Virus record (IMG/VR): IMGVR_UViG_3300005467_000006
Location: 1-43,226 of that record
Direction: 5' to 3' (one strand)
From: a virus
Length of the DNA: 43,226 nucleotides
The first letter of the stretch is position 1; every line of letters starts with the position of its first letter. Shown piece after piece: positions 18,425-28,891 of this stretch. The position numbers were made by a program, and so were the translations under genes. The notes beneath the pieces were generated by a model, which saw only the letters and a program-made list of their open reading frames with translations, was not told the origin of the DNA and made no database searches.

Positions 18425-18744
18425 TCACGCTGCCCAGCACGCCGATCGACGAGCGCACGAAGCCCGAGGAGCTGTGGCGCTTCCTTCGCACCGTCGTCGA
18501 CGCCGTTCGCGAGCTGCAACGCCAGCCGCTCGCGTTCGGCAAGCTCGTTACCGACGTCGCGCTCGCCGATGGCGTGGCAACGCCGATCTCGCACATGTTC
18601 GGCCGTCGGGCGCGCGTCTTCTGGTCGCCGCCGCAAGGTGCGGCGCTGATCGAGGAGGTTCGCGACAGTAACTTCAACCCGGACAAGTTCGCCGTCCTCC
18701 GGGCGAGCGGCGGCGATGCCGTGCTCGACGTGGTGCTGGTGTGA
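18421..18744 (+). CDS. Putative connector / tail accessory protein
   Basis: GTGA coupling at both ends. Confidence 0.55.
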   Translation: MITLPSTPIDERTKPEELWRFLRTVVDAVRELQRQPLAFGKLVTDVALADGVATPISHMFGRRARVFWSPPQGAALIEEVRDSNFNPDKFAVLRASGGDAVLDVVLV

Positions 18745-21700
18745 GCTTCGTCGGTCTCAGCTGGCAGACGTGGACGATGCGCCTCGTCGCGGGCCTCAAT
18801 CAGAGTGCCGACCCGCGCTCGATCGAGCCGCCCGATCTCGACGAGCTGCTCGACGCCCAGTTCGACAAGGTCGGCGGTGTGCAGACGCGCTATCCGTTCG
18901 GCGAGATCGAGGACGAGCTCTTCGACGGCAGCACGATCCTCGGCAGCGGCATGCGTCGCGTCTTCGCCAACGGCGACGAGCGCGTGCTCTTCGCGAACCG
19001 GTGGCTCTACAGCCAGAACGCGCAGGACGACAAGTGGCACCTGCGCGACGAGCATCTCGCGATCGCCGTCGACCAGGTGCCGGTCTTCCAGACGACCGAC
19101 GAACAGATCACGTGCGACCGCGCCGAGCTCGACGGCGTGATCGTCACCGCGTGGACGGTCTCGAAGACCGGTGGCAACAAGACGTACGTCGCCGCGCGCG
19201 ACAAGGACACCGGCGCGATCGTGCTGTCGCCCACGGCGCTTCCCGGCAATGCGGTCACGCCGCGCCTGGTCGCGCTTGAGTCGAAGATCCTGCTGTTCTT
19301 CTCCGACGGCCTCGGCAACCTGCTCGTCTATGCGCTCGATCCCGCGGATCCGGGCGCAGCGCTCGCCGGCGCGTCAACGACAGTTCTCGCGACCAACTTC
19401 AACGCCAACTACGACGCCGTCGCGTGCCCCGGCCTCGACAAGGCCGTCGTCGCGATGCGCCGCACCGTCACCACGAGCTATCAGGTCGCGTTCGTCACGT
19501 CGGCGCCGGCGGTGTCGTCGTCGACGACGAAGGCGCGCGCGTGCACCGGCCCGATCTCGGTCGCGTGGGAGAGCAGCGCTCCGATCGCGCTCGTCGTTCG
19601 CAACAACACGACCGACATCAAGGGCGACCTGCTGACGTCCGGGCTCGCCGACGGAACCGTCAACACGACGATCGGCACGACGGGCTTCCCGCTGCTCAAC
19701 CTCACCGCTGCGTGGCAGACGAGCTCGCAGGCCGCGGTGTTTTGGGACGACCTCGGCGCGACGTTCTCGTCGGTCTTTCGCAACACGATCTCGAGCGCGG
19801 CCGCTGTCGGCACAACGGCGTCGACGCACTACGCGACGCTCGCCTCGCGCGCGTTCATGCACGACAGCGAGGTCTACGTCTGGTACGCGACGGACTCGAC
19901 CTCGAGCGCGACCGATACCTCGGGCAACGCGCTCTTCACCGCGGCGTTGCAGAACTGCTACCTGCTTTACCGCGACGACGGCATGCCGTTCGCGAAGGCC
20001 GCGTGGATGCGTGCGGGCGGCCGACCAGGTGCCGGTTACTTGCCGGGCGTCGCGTCGACCGACACGAATCGCTACGCATGGTGCGGCACCGAGATGCGCC
20101 TCATCTCGACGGACGCGCACTCGTTCCCGGCGTACGCAGATCGCAACCCGGTCGACATCATGATCGAGTTCGACTCGAACCGAGCTCGACGAGCAGCTCG
20201 GTCGGGCGGCACGATGTACATCGCCAGCGGGCTCGGCCTGCTGCAGTACGACGGCGTCGGCCTGGCCGAGGTCGGTTTCCTGCAGTTCCCGTTCGCGTTC
20301 ACGGTCGCGGACGGTGGCGCCGGCACGATGGTCGCCGGCGGCTACTCGTACAAGAGCACGCTGCGCTGGCAGAACGCGGCCGGCGAGGTCGATCGATCGA
20401 CGACGGCGACGTTCAAGGGCATCACGCAGATCGCGAGCAAGGAGGTCGACATCACGTTCGACCATTTCGATCACACGCTCAAGCGCGACCCGCGCTCGAA
20501 CATCGCGATCGAGTTCTGGCGTACCGCCGTCAACGCACCGCCGGGTGCGGACTTCAAGCTCGTCACTGGCGTCGATCCTTCAGCCACGACGGGTGACAAT
20601 CGCTACATCGAGAACGTACCTGGCACGACGGCCGCGGCGTTCACGGACAGCTACCCCGAGGCAACGCTCGCCGCGGCCGCCGGCGACCCCGAGCCCGGTG
20701 ACACGCTCGAGGGCGTAGCGCCGCCGCCGTGCCAGCTCGTCGAGGCGACCGACACTCGCGTTTTCATCGCGGCGATCGCCGGCCAGCCCGACCTCGTCAT
20801 GTACTCGAAGCAACGCGGCCCGAACGAGGTCGCGTCGTTCAACGATGCGCTCTCGATCCCGATCCCAGCCGCTGGTGGCCCGATCACCGGGCTCGCGCTT
20901 CTGAACAAGACGCTGTTCGTGTTCCGCGAGCGCGCCGTGTACCGCATCGACGGCGAGGGCCTCGACAACACCGGTGGCGGCTTCAACTACCAGGCCGAGC
21001 GCATCCAGGGCGAGGTCGGCGCGTTGAACCAGGAGTCGATCGCGGTCACCGAGAACGGCGTGATCTTCAAGTCGTGGAAGGGCTGGCAGATCACGAACGG
21101 CCAATCGATCCGGTACATCGGCGACAAGGTGAAGGACTTCGACGGTCACGCCGTGCTCGCAGCCGACGTGATGAAAGCGCAGCACCAGGTGCGTTTCCTC
21201 GTCTCGTCCGCGTTCGATCCGGTGGCCATCGGAGGTGGCGGCGTGTTCTCGTCGGGAATCATCCCGCCGCCGATCGTCGTGAACGATACGGTCTCGCCGG
21301 CGTGCATGCTGATGTTCGACACGAACGTTGGGCAGTGGGCGCAGTGGTCGGTCGACGACGGCGTGCACTCGTGCGTGTGGAACAGTCGGCACGTCGTGCT
21401 GACGGACACCGGGCCGCGCACGCAGCTCACCGAGTACACCGATCTCGACTACGGCCTCGACCTCGAGACCGGCTGGATCAAGCTGAACGACCTCGCCGGC
21501 TACGGTCGCGTGCGGTGGTTCCAGACGCTCGGCGAGTACCGCTCCGCGCACAAGCTTCGCGTTCGTGTCGCGATGGACTACGACGACACGTTCATCGACG
21601 ACACAGCGTGGACGCCGTCGCCGACGACTGTCGGCGGTCCCGAGCAGCTCGAACACGGGCCCTCTGAACAGAAGATGTCGGCGATCAAGATCCGCCTCAC

Positions 21701-21821
21701 CGCGGTCAACGCGAGCGGCGTCGGCGCACCGACCGGCGAAGCGCTGCGTCTGACTGGACTCTCTTTCCGCCTCGGCATCAAGCCGGAGGCGCCGCGGCTA
21801 CCGGCGCTGCAGAAGCAATAG
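18741..21821 (+). CDS. Large tail protein (1026 aa; nozzle / tail-tubular-B-like position)
   Basis: Largest structural ORF. T7-like gene order (connector -> large tail protein -> internal proteins -> fibre). Confidence 0.6.
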   Translation: MSFVGLSWQTWTMRLVAGLNQSADPRSIEPPDLDELLDAQFDKVGGVQTRYPFGEIEDELFDGSTILGSGMRRVFANGDERVLFANRWLYSQNAQDDKWHLRDEHLAIAVDQVPVFQTTDEQITCDRAELDGVIVTAWTVSKTGGNKTYVAARDKDTGAIVLSPTALPGNAVTPRLVALESKILLFFSDGLGNLLVYALDPADPGAALAGASTTVLATNFNANYDAVACPGLDKAVVAMRRTVTTSYQVAFVTSAPAVSSSTTKARACTGPISVAWESSAPIALVVRNNTTDIKGDLLTSGLADGTVNTTIGTTGFPLLNLTAAWQTSSQAAVFWDDLGATFSSVFRNTISSAAAVGTTASTHYATLASRAFMHDSEVYVWYATDSTSSATDTSGNALFTAALQNCYLLYRDDGMPFAKAAWMRAGGRPGAGYLPGVASTDTNRYAWCGTEMRLISTDAHSFPAYADRNPVDIMIEFDSNRARRAARSGGTMYIASGLGLLQYDGVGLAEVGFLQFPFAFTVADGGAGTMVAGGYSYKSTLRWQNAAGEVDRSTTATFKGITQIASKEVDITFDHFDHTLKRDPRSNIAIEFWRTAVNAPPGADFKLVTGVDPSATTGDNRYIENVPGTTAAAFTDSYPEATLAAAAGDPEPGDTLEGVAPPPCQLVEATDTRVFIAAIAGQPDLVMYSKQRGPNEVASFNDALSIPIPAAGGPITGLALLNKTLFVFRERAVYRIDGEGLDNTGGGFNYQAERIQGEVGALNQESIAVTENGVIFKSWKGWQITNGQSIRYIGDKVKDFDGHAVLAADVMKAQHQVRFLVSSAFDPVAIGGGGVFSSGIIPPPIVVNDTVSPACMLMFDTNVGQWAQWSVDDGVHSCVWNSRHVVLTDTGPRTQLTEYTDLDYGLDLETGWIKLNDLAGYGRVRWFQTLGEYRSAHKLRVRVAMDYDDTFIDDTAWTPSPTTVGGPEQLEHGPSEQKMSAIKIRLTAVNASGVGAPTGEALRLTGLSFRLGIKPEAPRLPALQKQ

Positions 21822-21830
21822 GAGACGACG

Positions 21831-22733
21831 ATGGGATTCGGCGATGGACTCGAATGGAGCGACCTGAACCCGTTCACGTGGCCGGGCCAGGTCAAGAGCA
21901 GCGCAGCGAAGGACTTCGGCTTCATGGGTGCCGAGTCGGAGTCCGCGAAGCGCCAGCGCGAAATGCTGGAGCAGCAAGGCGCGGCCGCGTCGGGTTTCGC
22001 CGGCGTCGGCGAGGGCAACTACGGCGCAATGACCGAAGAGTCGAAGCAAGCGCGCGACTACCTGCGGCGCCTCGCGACCGGCGAAGAGTCGGTGTCGCGC
22101 GAGCAGCTCCGTCAGGGCCTTCTGCAGAACACTGCCGCGCAACGTTCGTACGCAGCATCAGCGTCGCCGTCGAACCAGCCGGCGGCTGCGCGGACGGCTG
22201 CGATCCAGATGGGAAAGATGGGCTCCGGTCTTTCCGGTCAGCAAGCGATGGCCGGCATCGCCGAGCGCCAGGCTGCGCAGAAAGCATGGAACGACGCGAT
22301 CCTCGGGGCGCGCGGGCAGGACCTGCAGGCGGCGCTCGGCTCGCGACAGAACGCGGTCAACGCCTACGGCGGTGGCAAGCCCGAGGGCACCTGGATGGAC
22401 AAGTACGGCGGCGCTGTATCTGCCGGAATCGGAGCGCTGGCGATGATGTCCGACAAGCGCCTCAAGACAGAGATCAAAGACGGTGACGACGACGCGAACG
22501 CGGCGCTGAAGGGCCTGCGCGCGTTCGCGTACAAGTACCGCGACGAGAAGCACGGCAAGGGCAAGCAGGTCGGGATCATGGCGCAGGACCTCGAGCGCGC
22601 CGGTCTCAAGCACACGGTCGTCGAGACGCCGATCGGCAAGGCGGTGGATGGCGGCAAGCTCGCCGGGGCGAACACCGCAATGCTCGCAGCGCTCGCGAAG
22701 CGCGTCGCGAAGATCGAGGGCAAGGGGAAGTAG
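21831..22733 (+). CDS. Virion protein with a C-terminal peptidase-S74 intramolecular chaperone (auto-cleaving) domain
   Basis: MSDKRLKTEIKD...FAYKYRDEKHGKGKQVGIMAQDLERAG... matches the SD.RLK / Y.Y / G.IAQ signature of the S74 domain. Confidence 0.8.
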   Translation: MGFGDGLEWSDLNPFTWPGQVKSSAAKDFGFMGAESESAKRQREMLEQQGAAASGFAGVGEGNYGAMTEESKQARDYLRRLATGEESVSREQLRQGLLQNTAAQRSYAASASPSNQPAAARTAAIQMGKMGSGLSGQQAMAGIAERQAAQKAWNDAILGARGQDLQAALGSRQNAVNAYGGGKPEGTWMDKYGGAVSAGIGALAMMSDKRLKTEIKDGDDDANAALKGLRAFAYKYRDEKHGKGKQVGIMAQDLERAGLKHTVVETPIGKAVDGGKLAGANTAMLAALAKRVAKIEGKGK

Positions 22734-22735
22734 GC

Positions 22736-25012
22736 GTGGCGTTGAACGATCCATACGATCCCTACGGGCCTGCGCCGATTGGCCTCTGGGACGACGACTT
22801 CGACGCGCGCTATCGCGCGGCGATGGGCGACGTGCAGGCGCCTGCACCGTTCGAGGTGAACCCGATCGGGCCGGAGACGCCGACGGTGTTGCCGTCGCCT
22901 CCTCCACCGCCTCCGCCCCCACCGTCACGCGACGACAAGGCGCGGATCGCGCTGCCGGGCGCTCCTGTCGCTGAGGAGGTGCCGCGCAGTGCGTTCCCGC
23001 CGGCGCTGACGACCGAAACAGTCGAAGCGGTCGCGCCTACGCTCTCGTCGGACTCGACGACGCCACAACTCGACGTCGACGCGATCAGTGGCGTCGGCCC
23101 GACACCGAAGGCCGGCGACTACGTCGGGCCCGGCCAGACGTCCGGCAAGCCCGAGTTGCCCGACGACTACATGACGGGCGACGAGTACGGCCAGAAGCTC
23201 ACGACGCTGCCGTTCGAACAGCAGGAAATGATCCGCGGCAAGATCGAAGGCGCGAAGCAGAACTTCCAGGCGACGCGCCTCCTCGAGGAGAGCGCGAAGA
23301 CGCGCGAGCGCGCCGAGCAGAACGCGCAGGACTACGCCGATTCGGTGAAGCTTGCGCACCAGAAAGCAGCCGAGCTCGACGCGGATGCGAAGACCATCGC
23401 GTCGCAGGATCCGCTCGATGCGATCCCGACGTGGCGCAAGGTGCTCGGCGTCATCGCTTCCATCATCGGTGGCTTTGCGCCCCACGGAAACGTGGGACTT
23501 CAGGCCGTGAGCGGTCTCGTCGACCAGGCGGCCGCGATGCAGCGCACGAAGCTGGCCGAGGTGAACCACCAACGCGGCGCGCTCGGCGAGAACGTCGCCC
23601 GCGCCGGCGACCTCTACAAAGCCGAAGAAGCAACACGTCTCGCGGCGTGGGACGGCGTGATCGGCCGCCTCGAGTCTGAGGTGCAGCAGTTCGATCCGCG
23701 CGGCACGACGGCGCTGCGCGTGATGGACACGATCAATCAGGCGAAGGCGAAGCGCGCCGAGCACGCGGCGAAGTACTTGGCCACCCAACAGAAGCAGATC
23801 GAGAACGCGCTCAAGGAGCAGCGCGAGATCGCGCAGCTGCAGGAGACGCAACGTCACAACGTCGCCGGCGAGAAGACCGACGCGACGCGAGCGTACGCGG
23901 ATCTGCTGCGCGCGAAGACCGAGGACAAGAAGGCGACCGCAGAGGCCGGCACGACGTACACGCCCGAGCAGCTCGGGCAGCTTTATGGCGTCACCGATCC
24001 CGCGCTCGTGCCGCCGATCCCGATGAACCCGAAGCAGTACGACAAGTGGCTCGAGGCGAAGCAGAAGGGCGGCCAGGTCACGAAGGTCACGCAAGAGACC
24101 GCGGCCGAGGAGCGCAACCGCGAGCTCGCGGTCGGCGAGATCGTCGACGACCAGGGCAACCCGGTGAAGTTCCGCACGCCGGAGTTCGCGGGCAAGCTCG
24201 CCAAGTCGAAGGGCTCGGCCGACAACGCGGTCCGGCTGATCGACAAGATCATCGCGGCGCGCACGAAGAGCGGCTGGGAGAGCGACTGGGTCAACGGCCC
24301 GGTCAAGCGCCAGCTCGCCGGCGACATGGCGTCGCTGCAGCTCGAGAAGAAGAACACCGACGAGCTCGGCGTACTGGCCGGGCCCGACATGGACCTGATC
24401 AACAAGTCGATCGGCACTGCGGATCCGAGCGAGTGGCGTGACTCGGTGCTGCCGGGACTGCGCAACGCGCGCTCGAACATCGTCGAGCAGCTCAACGCGA
24501 AGGTTCGCGCCGAAGCGGTCATGCCGAAGGGACGCACGCTGCAGCGGTACGAGCCGCCCGAGCTCGCCGACCTGCCCGAGTCGCGGCCGCTGATTCAGGG
24601 CAAGACGTCTATCGAGCAGGGCGAGAGCGCGAAGCGCGGCAAAGCGGGCGAGGCGATCCAGAAGACGTTCTACGGCGTCTCCAATGAGGAAGCCGCGGCG
24701 GCCGCCGAGAACGCTGCGAAGTCGGGCCCGACGGGCCTCGCGCCTGACGACGACAAGCGTGTGCTCGAGGCGATCAAGGCCGCGCAGAGCGGCGGCAAGG
24801 ATGCGGCGAACGCGCTGCAGCGTCTGGCCGATGCCGCGAGCAGCGATCGCGAAGCGGTGTCCTTCGGCGTTCTCAACCGCGTGCGCATCGAAGCGCCCGA
24901 CCTGTTCGATCAGGTGCTCGCCAAACTGCCGCCCGAGAAGCGCGCCGCGATTCAGCAGATCAACGCGATCGACGAATCGAAGCTGCCGCCGTGGATGCGA
25001 GGTGGGCAATGA
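22736..25012 (+). CDS. Internal virion / ejection-type protein (758 aa, proline run, coiled coils)
   Basis: GTG 22736. Low-complexity helical protein in the gp15-like position. Confidence 0.6.
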   Translation: MALNDPYDPYGPAPIGLWDDDFDARYRAAMGDVQAPAPFEVNPIGPETPTVLPSPPPPPPPPPSRDDKARIALPGAPVAEEVPRSAFPPALTTETVEAVAPTLSSDSTTPQLDVDAISGVGPTPKAGDYVGPGQTSGKPELPDDYMTGDEYGQKLTTLPFEQQEMIRGKIEGAKQNFQATRLLEESAKTRERAEQNAQDYADSVKLAHQKAAELDADAKTIASQDPLDAIPTWRKVLGVIASIIGGFAPHGNVGLQAVSGLVDQAAAMQRTKLAEVNHQRGALGENVARAGDLYKAEEATRLAAWDGVIGRLESEVQQFDPRGTTALRVMDTINQAKAKRAEHAAKYLATQQKQIENALKEQREIAQLQETQRHNVAGEKTDATRAYADLLRAKTEDKKATAEAGTTYTPEQLGQLYGVTDPALVPPIPMNPKQYDKWLEAKQKGGQVTKVTQETAAEERNRELAVGEIVDDQGNPVKFRTPEFAGKLAKSKGSADNAVRLIDKIIAARTKSGWESDWVNGPVKRQLAGDMASLQLEKKNTDELGVLAGPDMDLINKSIGTADPSEWRDSVLPGLRNARSNIVEQLNAKVRAEAVMPKGRTLQRYEPPELADLPESRPLIQGKTSIEQGESAKRGKAGEAIQKTFYGVSNEEAAAAAENAAKSGPTGLAPDDDKRVLEAIKAAQSGGKDAANALQRLADAASSDREAVSFGVLNRVRIEAPDLFDQVLAKLPPEKRAAIQQINAIDESKLPPWMRGGQ

Positions 25013-27147
25013 GCGTGCGCCTGCGGCCACCCGGTGTCGACGCGGCGCCGGTCGACGTTCCCGACGAGCAGGTCGACGCCGCGATCGCGCGCGGCTGGAA
25101 GCCGCTGTCCGCCGGCGAGGCTTCAACGTTCGAGACGACGCCGGGCCCGGACACGTCGCTCGGTGCGCAGGCGAACGCGGCGATCGGCGAGGGCCTGTCG
25201 ACGGCGACGTTCGGCGCGTCCGACGTCCTCATCGACCAGCTCGGTACGCGCGCGGAGCGCGAGTACCACGAGAAGGTGCGCCGCGATAACCCGGGCGCAA
25301 CGATCGTCGGCGGCGCGATCGGCGCGATCGCCGATCCATTCGGCGCCGCGTCCGCAGCGGGCAAGCTCGGCGGCGCGGCCGCGCGCGGGCTCGAGGAGGG
25401 CGGCACGCTCGCGCAGCTCGCCGGCGCTGGCGTCAAGGCGGGAACCGAGGGCGCCCTCTTCGGCGCCGGCGCCGGTGTCAGCCAGCTCGCGCTGTCCGAC
25501 GACCCGCTCTCGATGGAGCGCGTCGCGTCAGTAATCGGGACGAACGCGCTGTTCGGCGCAGCCACGGGCGGCGCGATCGGAGTCGCCGGCAAGGGCCTCG
25601 GCAAGGGATTGTCGCGTGCGAAGGAGAAGCTCGACGAGATCGCGGCGAAGGGGCTCGACACAACCGTCGACGCCGGCGCCGACCTCGCGACGCTCGACCG
25701 CAAGGGCCTGCGCACCGCTCAGAAGCTCGAGCTCGAGGCGATCGAGGCTGCGCGTGTTCCGAAGCGCGCCGAGCTCGCGGACGAGATCAAGTCGCTGCGC
25801 GGCGAGATGAAGCAGAACAAGCTCTGGCTCGCGACGAAGGACGCGGAAGAGGCCGAGATTCGCGCGATCGGCAAGCGCACGCTCAAGGCCGACCGCCAGC
25901 TCGACAACATCCTCGACGACCCGAAGGCGCTCGCGGAGAACCCGAAGTCGACGCTGTCCGCACTGCGCAAGCAGGAGGCCGCGCTCGACGACCTGGTCAA
26001 CAAGCACGGCGACGCGCTGCGCACGAAGTTCGCCGGCGACACGAGCGGCACTCGCGCGACCGCGCTCGACTACGCGTCGGTTGCTCTCGAGAAGAACCGC
26101 GCGCTGCAGGCGAAGATCGCGGAGGTCTCGAGCAAGCCGACGTCGGCGCGACTCGAGGCGATCGCGGACCACATGGCGATGGGCCCGGCCGCGGCGAAGA
26201 GTGCGGGCGCGATGGACGCGCTCGGAGATGCGGCGATGGGCTACGGGCTCGGCATGGTCGCCGGTCTGCCGGGCCTCGGTGCCGTCGCCGGCGTCGCTCG
26301 AGTCGCGGCGCCGATCCTTCGCAAGCTCGGCGCGAGCTCGGCCGCGGCCGCGGAACGCGCATCGAAGGGTGTGCAGACGTTCCTGAACGTCGGAGAGAAG
26401 GTCGCGCCAGTGGCGCCGGTCGTTGCGACGAAGGTGCTGTCGGGCGTGCGCTACGCGTTCGGCAACGAGCGCGAGAAGAAGAGCAAGAAGCCGGCGGAGC
26501 TCGCTGACCTCTACAACGCGCGCTCGGCGGAGATCCGCGCGCTGACCGCGCCGGGCCCGGACGGCAAGCCGCAGATGCGACCGGAGAAGCGCGCGCAGCT
26601 CGCCGCGCAGCTCGCTCCGCTTCACGCAGTCAGCCCTCTGCTCGCGGATCGCGTCGAGACGAACAAGGCTGACGGCTACGCGTTCCTCGCCGGCAAACTG
26701 CCAAAGATGCCCGACCTGCCCGGCATGTCGCTCGGGTCGAAGTGGCAGCCGGCCGACATGCTGATGCGCGGCTGGGCTCGTTACGCCGCGGCCGTCGAAG
26801 ATCCGTACGGCGTGATCGATCGACTCGCGTCGGGACAAGTCACGCCCGAAGACGCGGAGACCATGAAGACGGTCTACCCCGAGCTCTACGCCGACGTGCA
26901 GCGCCAGATCATGGAGCAGCTCGGCGAGCTGCAGAAGCTTCCGTACCAGCGCCGGCTCGCGCTCTCGATCTTCTCCGACATCCCGGTTGATCCGGCGATG
27001 GATCCGCGCGTGCTCGCGATGCTGCAGGGCCAGTTCGAAGCCGAGGAGGGCAGCGAAGGCGGCACGCAAGCTCCGACCGCGTCGCCGCAGTTCGGCTCGG
27101 TGTCGCGCGAGCAGCCGACGCCGTCGCAAGAGAGGAGCGCGGGCTGA
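25009..27147 (+). CDS. Internal virion / ejection-type protein (712 aa, Gly/Ala-rich membrane-like segments)
   Basis: ATGA coupling at 25009. gp16-like position. Confidence 0.6.
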   Translation: MSVRLRPPGVDAAPVDVPDEQVDAAIARGWKPLSAGEASTFETTPGPDTSLGAQANAAIGEGLSTATFGASDVLIDQLGTRAEREYHEKVRRDNPGATIVGGAIGAIADPFGAASAAGKLGGAAARGLEEGGTLAQLAGAGVKAGTEGALFGAGAGVSQLALSDDPLSMERVASVIGTNALFGAATGGAIGVAGKGLGKGLSRAKEKLDEIAAKGLDTTVDAGADLATLDRKGLRTAQKLELEAIEAARVPKRAELADEIKSLRGEMKQNKLWLATKDAEEAEIRAIGKRTLKADRQLDNILDDPKALAENPKSTLSALRKQEAALDDLVNKHGDALRTKFAGDTSGTRATALDYASVALEKNRALQAKIAEVSSKPTSARLEAIADHMAMGPAAAKSAGAMDALGDAAMGYGLGMVAGLPGLGAVAGVARVAAPILRKLGASSAAAAERASKGVQTFLNVGEKVAPVAPVVATKVLSGVRYAFGNEREKKSKKPAELADLYNARSAEIRALTAPGPDGKPQMRPEKRAQLAAQLAPLHAVSPLLADRVETNKADGYAFLAGKLPKMPDLPGMSLGSKWQPADMLMRGWARYAAAVEDPYGVIDRLASGQVTPEDAETMKTVYPELYADVQRQIMEQLGELQKLPYQRRLALSIFSDIPVDPAMDPRVLAMLQGQFEAEEGSEGGTQAPTASPQFGSVSREQPTPSQERSAG

Positions 27148-27434
27148 TGTCACACATGCCGACCACCGACGGACCGAGCTCGCCGGTTCAGCGCTTCCTG
27201 TTCACCGTGACTGGCTCGGAGAATGGCCTCTCGACGTTCAACGTCGCGCTGCCAGCGACACGCTCGAGCACGAGCTACACGGTGCACATCGAAGACGGCG
27301 GCACGGTCAGCGGCAATCACCGCGAGTACTGGGCGCCGATCGCCGGCTTCACGACAACACAGATCCAGGTGAAGGCGGGGGCGCCGGTGGCGACCGGCGA
27401 CAAGCTTCTCATCACCGTCGAAGACCTCACATAG
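27147..27434 (+). CDS. Small structural protein (95 aa)
   Basis: ATG overlaps the upstream TGA by 1 nt. Confidence 0.6.
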   Translation: MSHMPTTDGPSSPVQRFLFTVTGSENGLSTFNVALPATRSSTSYTVHIEDGGTVSGNHREYWAPIAGFTTTQIQVKAGAPVATGDKLLITVEDLT

Positions 27435-27443
27435 GAGACCGCA

Positions 27444-28841
27444 ATGTTGTTTCGCTCCGTTACCCAGCCTCTTCGTGCACGTCTTGGTCTGACGGTGATT
27501 GTCGCGGCGGTAACCGCGTTTGTGGCTACGGCGATCGCACACGATGACGTCAATATCTTCACGCCGACGGAGATCGAGGATCTGCGGGCTGGGCAGATCG
27601 CGGTAACGGGCTCGACGACATTGGACGGCCCCATCGAACTGGGCTCCGTTACGACTCCGAGCGCGCTCGCGAGCGGCACAACTCAAAACTACGACCCAGG
27701 CACTCGCAACCTCGTCTATCGCCTCACCGCGCACGCAAGCAACTCGGCCCTTGGAGGCCTGGTCGCGCCGGCGTCCGGGCACGACGAGGTCCACATCATC
27801 CACAACGTCGGCTCCGGCAACCTCACGTTCAACTATATCGATTCAGGATCGACGTCCGCGAATCGGTTTCTCACCCCGCGCGCGATGGCGCTCTCGATCG
27901 CGAGCAATGGGTCCGTGCTCGTTCGCTACGACGCTACGGATAGCCTCTGGCGAATCGTCTCGTGGACGGGCGAAGCCTTCGGCGTTCGATCGAGCGGTGG
28001 GCCTATCCCAACTTGCTTTCCGACATGGGCAGACGGCACCGGCACACTGACTGCGAGTTGTTCGACAGCCGACGACGGGGCCACGCTGCTACTCGGGGCT
28101 TCCCGAGCGATTAATGCGGCAGGCGTCGTCACGTTCACGAATTCGACGGCTCCTACATTCGATCATGGACTTTCGGCCAACGGAGGCGCGCTGATCAGGC
28201 AGCCGCAATGGATCGATCGAATCGTTCCGGCGGCTCTGACGTCGGGCTCGACCACCAATGACTGGAACCCGACTGACATCCACACTCAGATGTTCGTTGC
28301 CGTCGAGACCACGACGAGCAGCCTTGCGACGCTGACAGGAATCGCCGGCCCCCTAAATGGTGAGCTCAAGACTCTGTGCAATCACGGACCCGGGCCGCTA
28401 AAGCTGTTGCACAACAACACGGGAAGCGTAGCCGCGAACCGCTTCAAGCTCGCGGACGGCGAGGACGCCGTTCTCGGCGTTGGATTCGTAGAGCTCTATT
28501 GCATCGGCTTTCGGTACAACTCAAACAGCAATCGCTACGAGGAGAACTGGCGCAACTTTTACGGCAACAATTCAGGAGGGGCGCCGACCCTCAGCGCCGG
28601 GTCCCTCGGTACGGGATCTAGGAATCAGCGCGGCGACGTCACCAGCGTCGGCGCGACCACCACGACCCTGACGTATTCGACACCGTTCACGAACCGATCG
28701 TGGTGCACCGCGACCGGCAACGGAGCTGCGCAAGTGATCACAGTGACACGGTCAGCGTCGGCGCCGGTCTTTAGCTGCTTCGACATGGCTGGCGTCGCGC
28801 AGAACTGCAACGACTTCTCTTATACGTGCTGGGGGAACTGA
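27444..28841 (+). CDS. Tail fibre / receptor-binding protein candidate with a hydrophobic N-terminus and an internal duplicated module
   Basis: AGGAG RBS. Last structural gene before lysis. Visibly lower GC than its neighbours. Two ~70-aa segments share an N.G.G.L...S..ANRF...W pattern. Confidence 0.55.
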   Translation: MLFRSVTQPLRARLGLTVIVAAVTAFVATAIAHDDVNIFTPTEIEDLRAGQIAVTGSTTLDGPIELGSVTTPSALASGTTQNYDPGTRNLVYRLTAHASNSALGGLVAPASGHDEVHIIHNVGSGNLTFNYIDSGSTSANRFLTPRAMALSIASNGSVLVRYDATDSLWRIVSWTGEAFGVRSSGGPIPTCFPTWADGTGTLTASCSTADDGATLLLGASRAINAAGVVTFTNSTAPTFDHGLSANGGALIRQPQWIDRIVPAALTSGSTTNDWNPTDIHTQMFVAVETTTSSLATLTGIAGPLNGELKTLCNHGPGPLKLLHNNTGSVAANRFKLADGEDAVLGVGFVELYCIGFRYNSNSNRYEENWRNFYGNNSGGAPTLSAGSLGTGSRNQRGDVTSVGATTTTLTYSTPFTNRSWCTATGNGAAQVITVTRSASAPVFSCFDMAGVAQNCNDFSYTCWGN

Positions 28842-28891
28842 TGCTTCGCGGGATCGTCAAGACGGCCTCGATGGCGCACAAGGAGTAACCG

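Noticed and set aside
20168-20180. GTTCGA-C-TCGAAC palindrome inside the large tail gene as a fourth operator.
   Set aside because: The spacer is 1 nt rather than 5 nt between the hexamer arms, the site is deep in a late structural gene, and chance occurrence is likely.
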